Shown: positions 60,137 through 64,000 of the stretch, piece after piece | How the letters are laid out: every line of letters begins with the position of its first letter | How positions within the stretch are numbered: position 1 is the first letter of the stretch | Assembly: GCA_945872855.1 (NCBI GenBank) | Contig: CAMCAW010000001.1 | Coordinates: forward strand, 70,213-134,212 | Length of the DNA stretch: 64,000 bases | Direction of reading: 5' to 3' | DNA from: Rickettsia typhi | GTDB lineage: Bacteria; Pseudomonadota; Alphaproteobacteria; Rickettsiales; UBA1997 | The notes under the pieces: model-generated | Databases searched by the model: none | Seen by the model: only the letters and a program-made list of their open reading frames with translations | What the model was told of the DNA's origin: nothing | Made by a program: the position numbers and the translations under genes

Positions 60137-60180
60137 AAAGCTCACTGCGAAATACTAGGTAGGCAGTGAGCTTTTATTTT
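60137..60180 (+). terminator. intrinsic terminator after pgk
   Basis: The 12-bp stem aaagctcactgc (60137-60148) pairs with gcagtgagcttt (60163-60174) and is followed by tatttt. Confidence 0.75.
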
Positions 60181-60208
60181 CGGCTAGTTTTTTGATTATA
60201 TCAAAAAA

Positions 60209-60285
60209 TGGTGCACCCGGCGGGATTTGAACCCACAACCTTTGCCTTCGGAGGGCAATACTCTATCCAGTTGAGCTACGGATGC
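60209..60285 (-). tRNA. tRNA-Arg (anticodon CCG), CCA encoded
   Basis: The reverse complement folds as acceptor GCATCCG/CGGGTGC, anticodon stem TTGCC/GGCAA with loop CTCCGAA, and T-arm GTGGG-TTCAAAT-CCCGC. Confidence 0.93.
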
Positions 60286-60321
60286 ATTGGCAAATAAAGC
60301 AAGAGTGCGGCCTTATTATTG

Positions 60322-60645
60322 CTATTTCACGATGATTTTTCCCATCGTTTCTTTCGCATGAAAATCATCGAAAAAATTATATTCTCCAACTTTTAACGGT
60401 GTGATTATCAGTGTAGCTTTTTTATTTCCCATGATAATTTTTTCTTTATTCAAATCGTGGCTCTCAAACTCTGCCGCCGTTTCATCAAGGTTTTCGATGA
60501 TCAATTTAAATTTTTGCCCAGCAGGAACTTCTAAAATAGCAGGAATAAATTTATGATCTTTAATTTGAATATTAAATTCATCGCTAGCCGCAAAAGCTTG
60601 ACTAGCAAGGAATGGCAGCGTTAACAAAACAAAAAATTTTTTCAT
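60322..60645 (-). CDS. secreted cupredoxin-like domain protein
   Basis: Signal peptide MKKFFVLLTLPFLASQAFA. The small beta-sandwich-like sequence IQIKDHKFIP...FKLIIENLDETAAEFESHD...GEYNFFDDFH resembles cupredoxin-like domains. Confidence 0.6.
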   Translation of the reverse strand: MKKFFVLLTLPFLASQAFAASDEFNIQIKDHKFIPAILEVPAGQKFKLIIENLDETAAEFESHDLNKEKIIMGNKKATLIITPLKVGEYNFFDDFHAKETMGKIIVK

Positions 60646-60678
60646 AAGCAATATTTAATTTAACCGAATTTTATTTCC

Positions 60679-62091
60679 TTACTTCTTAAAAAACTGTGCC
60701 ACATCGCGAATATGCGCAACTGTTCTAAACTCTAGCTGCGACAGCGTTTTTGTCAAAGCCGAAAAGTTTTTATTTTTCTCGTTAGCTTTAGGAATTATGC
60801 AGCGTTTGAAGCCAAGTTTAACCGCCTCTTTCAAGCGCGCTTCGAGATTGTTAATCATTCGCACTTCGCCAGTTAGGCCGATTTCGCCGATGATAATTGT
60901 GGAAGCGGGAATTGTTATGTCGCGCGCTGCAGAAATTAGCGCGCAGGCGATTGCAAGATCGGCCGCGGTCTCTTGAATTTCAATGCCTCCAACGATGTTG
61001 AGATAAACTTCTTTATCGAATAAATTTAGCCCAAATCGACTGCTTAAAACAGCGATAATCATAGCGAGGCGATTGATGTCCCAGCCAACAACAGCGCGGC
61101 GTGGTGTTGGCATATATGATGGCGAAACTAGCGCTTGTACCTCAACCAAAATTGGCCGCGTGCCTTCTACGCCCGCAAAAACAGCAGTTCCGCTAGTGTC
61201 GCGATCGTAAGAAGCGAGAAATAATTCACTCGGATTATTCACTTCAGAAAGCCCCACATCGTCCATTTCAAACACGCCAATTTCACCAGCTGGGCCGAAG
61301 CGGTTCTTGATTGCGCGCAATATTCTGAAATGCGAATCTTTCTCGCCTTCGAAGTATAAAACGGTATCAACCATATGCTCTAGAACCTTGGGGCCAGCGA
61401 TTTGGCCGTCTTTCGTAACGTGGCTTACAATTAATAAAGTGATGTTATTTTTCTTGGCAAAAACCGTCAGCTCGCCAGCAGCGGCGCGCACTTGCGATAC
61501 AGTTCCAGGTGCAGAAGATAAATCTTCGAGAAACATTGTTTGAATGGAGTCAATGATGATAACGGTTGGGCGATCTTGCGTGCTTTCAATCGATCCGATA
61601 ATATCGGCAACATTTGTGGTGGCGGCAAGTTCGATAGAACCGTGCGTAGCCCCTAAGCGCTTGGCTCGCAGGCGCACTTGCTCAACCGATTCTTCACCAG
61701 AAATATAGATCATGCGGTTATTTCGCTGCGCTAAAACATTGGCAGTTTGCAACAATAATGTAGATTTTCCAATTCCGGGATCGCCACCAATTAATACCAC
61801 CGAGCCTTGTACCAAGCCGCCTCCCAGCACGCGATCAAGTTCGCCAATTCCAGTTTTTATGCGCGGAAAATCTTTTGCTTCGCCATCAAGCGAGATAAGC
61901 TCGAGCTTGTTGTTGCTTGCCTTTCCAGCAGTTTTTTGCACAGGCGCAATGCGAGAAAAATGCGTGGCGCCACCTTCCTCAAATTCTTCGACAAGACTAT
62001 TCCATTCGCCACATTCAGAGCATTTGCCCGACCATTTAAAGTGTACGGCGCCGCAGGATTGGCAGGAGTAGGCGGTTTTTTTCTTGGTCAT
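60679..62091 (-). CDS. radA: DNA repair protein RadA/Sms
   Basis: Zn ribbon CQSCGAVHFKWSGKCSECGEW, Walker A GDPGIGKST, KNRFG, and a Lon-like C-terminal domain. Confidence 0.93.
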   Translation of the reverse strand: MTKKKTAYSCQSCGAVHFKWSGKCSECGEWNSLVEEFEEGGATHFSRIAPVQKTAGKASNNKLELISLDGEAKDFPRIKTGIGELDRVLGGGLVQGSVVLIGGDPGIGKSTLLLQTANVLAQRNNRMIYISGEESVEQVRLRAKRLGATHGSIELAATTNVADIIGSIESTQDRPTVIIIDSIQTMFLEDLSSAPGTVSQVRAAAGELTVFAKKNNITLLIVSHVTKDGQIAGPKVLEHMVDTVLYFEGEKDSHFRILRAIKNRFGPAGEIGVFEMDDVGLSEVNNPSELFLASYDRDTSGTAVFAGVEGTRPILVEVQALVSPSYMPTPRRAVVGWDINRLAMIIAVLSSRFGLNLFDKEVYLNIVGGIEIQETAADLAIACALISAARDITIPASTIIIGEIGLTGEVRMINNLEARLKEAVKLGFKRCIIPKANEKNKNFSALTKTLSQLEFRTVAHIRDVAQFFKK

Positions 62092-62293
62092 TTTGAGCTG
62101 TGATATTTTGATTGAGAAAATGATTTTTGATTATGGGGTTTTTAATTTTTTTTACAATATCGATATTTTATATATTGATTCAGCGCGTCAAAATAAATTC
62201 TCTAGTTGCGAGCGCTCCACCTAGAAAACGCTTGAGTTGAAAAAATTTGCAATTAAAAGCTTTAAGAAATCATAACTACTTTTTACTTAAAAA

Positions 62294-64000
62294 ATGTCAA
62301 AAAAATCAAGTGAACTTTTCAGGCCACAAATGCAGTTTGTTGTAGAAGAATGGGAAAAGCTTTCTTCTGCTGAAAAAAAATATTTTCTAAAGCTTGTTGT
62401 TAAGCATCAAGAAGGAGTTTTTTTGCAAGGCCTTCTGAATTACGAAAAACAGAATGGGGAGGGGTTGAGTGGGAATCGAAAATTATTAATCAGCATTATT
62501 AATCCCGTCGATGTCGATTTAAAAGGACTGCGCTTTATCTTTGATCACATTTTTTCAGATGATGAGACTAATTTTTATACTACATTAGGTCGAGAAGTGT
62601 GGAACATCTACGGTCATATTAAGCGCACAGGTGAGTCAGAAAAATTATCGCAAAAGCTTTGGCTATCTTTATATGCCGAAGAGTCAGATCAACCAGAAAT
62701 AATCGCGAACAGAGTTAAAAATATTCTAAGCTTGCATAGCGACGAGCTCAGCTACAGCCATCCTCTAACATGGGGAAATAATTATATTGTGCGAGAATGC
62801 ATAACAATAGAAGATCGCAAGCGACTATGGTCTTTCGCTATCAAAGAAAGAGATGCCAAAATTATATCCGATATTTTAAGTCTCTATATAAGTAAGCAAA
62901 TAGACGGCAATCATCCTTTAAGTTGGGAGATAAGAGACGCAGCAGTATTGATTCTAGCTTTTGATATTATCGCCTCAACGCAAGTTCCAGATAATTCCAT
63001 AAAAAGAAATTCGCATTATCAATTAGTAAAATATTTGTGGCAGCAAATCGATCCAAAATGGCAGCAAGTATTATGGAAGCAATCACTAGAACCTTCTATG
63101 ATAACCGAAGACGAAACCAGTGAAGTACGCAGTGCTAGAGTAAACCGCATGCATTCCATTTTATCTTGCTACAAAGATCGACCAACAGATAAAGATCATC
63201 CATATAATTGGGCCGGAGAAAAATATCGCAGTGAAATATTAGAAAATCTTTTTCGCAATAAAAATTCTGATAAGCTTTTTACGCAAACTTTGTGGAGCGA
63301 ATCCAAGGAACATCTGCGCCACTTTATTTGGTTTAAAGCTGTGTTAAGAGGAGAATATAATATTGTAGAAAATATCATAAAACTCTATTCCGATAAACCA
63401 ATGGATGGCAATCACCCTCTTAATTGGGTGAATAAAAAAGAACATAGCACGGCGCTTTTCGTTATTTTGCGCAGTCAAACTTTAAATAATCAAGTCGTCA
63501 AACTTTTGCTAGAAGAAGGAGCTGAACCTGTTGATGCAAATGTAAATCTTGATGATGTGCCAAAAGAGGCTAAAAATGCAGCAAAGATGATCAAGCAATA
63601 TGCCATGAAATACGATGTCGAATCCTATAAAACGCGTTATGAAGATGGTGGTGATGAAGAAATATATCCAAGAATACATGCTGGGCTTGAAAAGTTTTTG
63701 CAGTTATCGGAGGAAAAAAGTGTCAAAAGTGAAGATGAGCGGCGCGAAATATGCTTAGATAACTTGTATAGCGCTTACAGAAAAATTCGTGCATACGCTA
63801 TAGAGGGTGAACGGCTTAATACAATGAAGCTAGTTGAAATTTTGGAAGGTAGCGCAATAGATGAGCGTGGAGATATTTCTGAAATCGATCCAACAAAAGC
63901 GCTTACCAAGCAAGAAAAGCAAAATCTGTCCATAGTGTTATCTGGTGGCGAGTGTGTAAATGAACGCAACAAGATAATTACTCAAGACGCACTAGAATAT
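62294..64000 (+). CDS. degenerate ankyrin-like repeat protein (3' end outside window; absent from supplied ORF track)
   Basis: I translated this by hand: ATG 62294 opens 569 codons with no stop to the window end. A recurring unit is present: ILSLHSDELSYSHPLTW, ILSLYISKQIDGNHPLSW, ILSCYKDRPTDKDHPYNW, IIKLYSDKPMDGNHPLNW. The last unit continues VVKLLLEEGAEPVDAN, which is ankyrin-like. Confidence 0.7.
   Translation, partial: MSKKSSELFRPQMQFVVEEWEKLSSAEKKYFLKLVVKHQEGVFLQGLLNYEKQNGEGLSGNRKLLISIINPVDVDLKGLRFIFDHIFSDDETNFYTTLGREVWNIYGHIKRTGESEKLSQKLWLSLYAEESDQPEIIANRVKNILSLHSDELSYSHPLTWGNNYIVRECITIEDRKRLWSFAIKERDAKIISDILSLYISKQIDGNHPLSWEIRDAAVLILAFDIIASTQVPDNSIKRNSHYQLVKYLWQQIDPKWQQVLWKQSLEPSMITEDETSEVRSARVNRMHSILSCYKDRPTDKDHPYNWAGEKYRSEILENLFRNKNSDKLFTQTLWSESKEHLRHFIWFKAVLRGEYNIVENIIKLYSDKPMDGNHPLNWVNKKEHSTALFVILRSQTLNNQVVKLLLEEGAEPVDANVNLDDVPKEAKNAAKMIKQYAMKYDVESYKTRYEDGGDEEIYPRIHAGLEKFLQLSEEKSVKSEDERREICLDNLYSAYRKIRAYAIEGERLNTMKLVEILEGSAIDERGDISEIDPTKALTKQEKQNLSIVLSGGECVNERNKIITQDALEY

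Noticed and set aside
1-64000. I scanned the whole window for CRISPR arrays, rRNA genes, IS elements or transposases, integrases, prophage genes, toxin-antitoxin pairs and known defence-system genes.
   Set aside because: I recognised none. The only repeats seen are the 15-bp tandem duplication, the palindrome and the paralogous autotransporter genes.

Overview
AT-rich, very gene-dense 64-kb chromosomal segment with about 65 protein genes and 2 tRNAs. I saw no rRNA, CRISPR array, transposase, integrase or phage genes. The gene content is HemJ, a COQ9-like protein, FixP/CcoP, a membrane-anchored cytochrome c, RNase E with an insert in its S1 domain, ankyrin-repeat proteins and heavily scrambled operon synteny. 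This suggests an alphaproteobacterium with a host-associated (Rickettsiales/Holosporales-like) lifestyle; that is an inference, not a database result. Most genes are housekeeping: hutH-hutU-hutI-hutG, hisI, queD/queA/folE, rimM, nusB, holB, ccoP, ispH, argD, fabG, trxB, a fadB-like gene, prs, ahcY, greA, ubiE, rne, cutA, radC, miaA, recO, maf, skp, anmK, pgk and radA. Single AT-richer lineage-specific ORFs are scattered between them rather than grouped in an island. The observations I rank highest are listed here. (1) A tandem pair of subtilisin-type autotransporters: the first is lipidated with an intact Asp-His-Ser triad, and the second is a paralog that has lost the catalytic His and Ser. 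They are separated by a ~150-bp near-perfect palindrome with a 43-bp perfect stem. (2) A stand-alone CheD-like Cys/His deamidase-fold protein with no chemotaxis context, sitting at the breakpoint of a half-length carB. (3) carB ends exactly at the domain boundary after the first ATP-grasp half, and alaS is cut after about 264 intact codons. (4) Two ORFans lie inside the hut operon. (5) Two ankyrin-type proteins are present; one, at the right edge, is missing from the supplied ORF track because it has no stop codon in the window. (6) Two divergent gene pairs have start codons that abut or overlap. (7) A GC-rich, pseudoknot-capable intergenic element lies between hemJ and the D-Ala-D-Ala dipeptidase gene. 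All functional calls rest on motifs read by eye; no searches were run.
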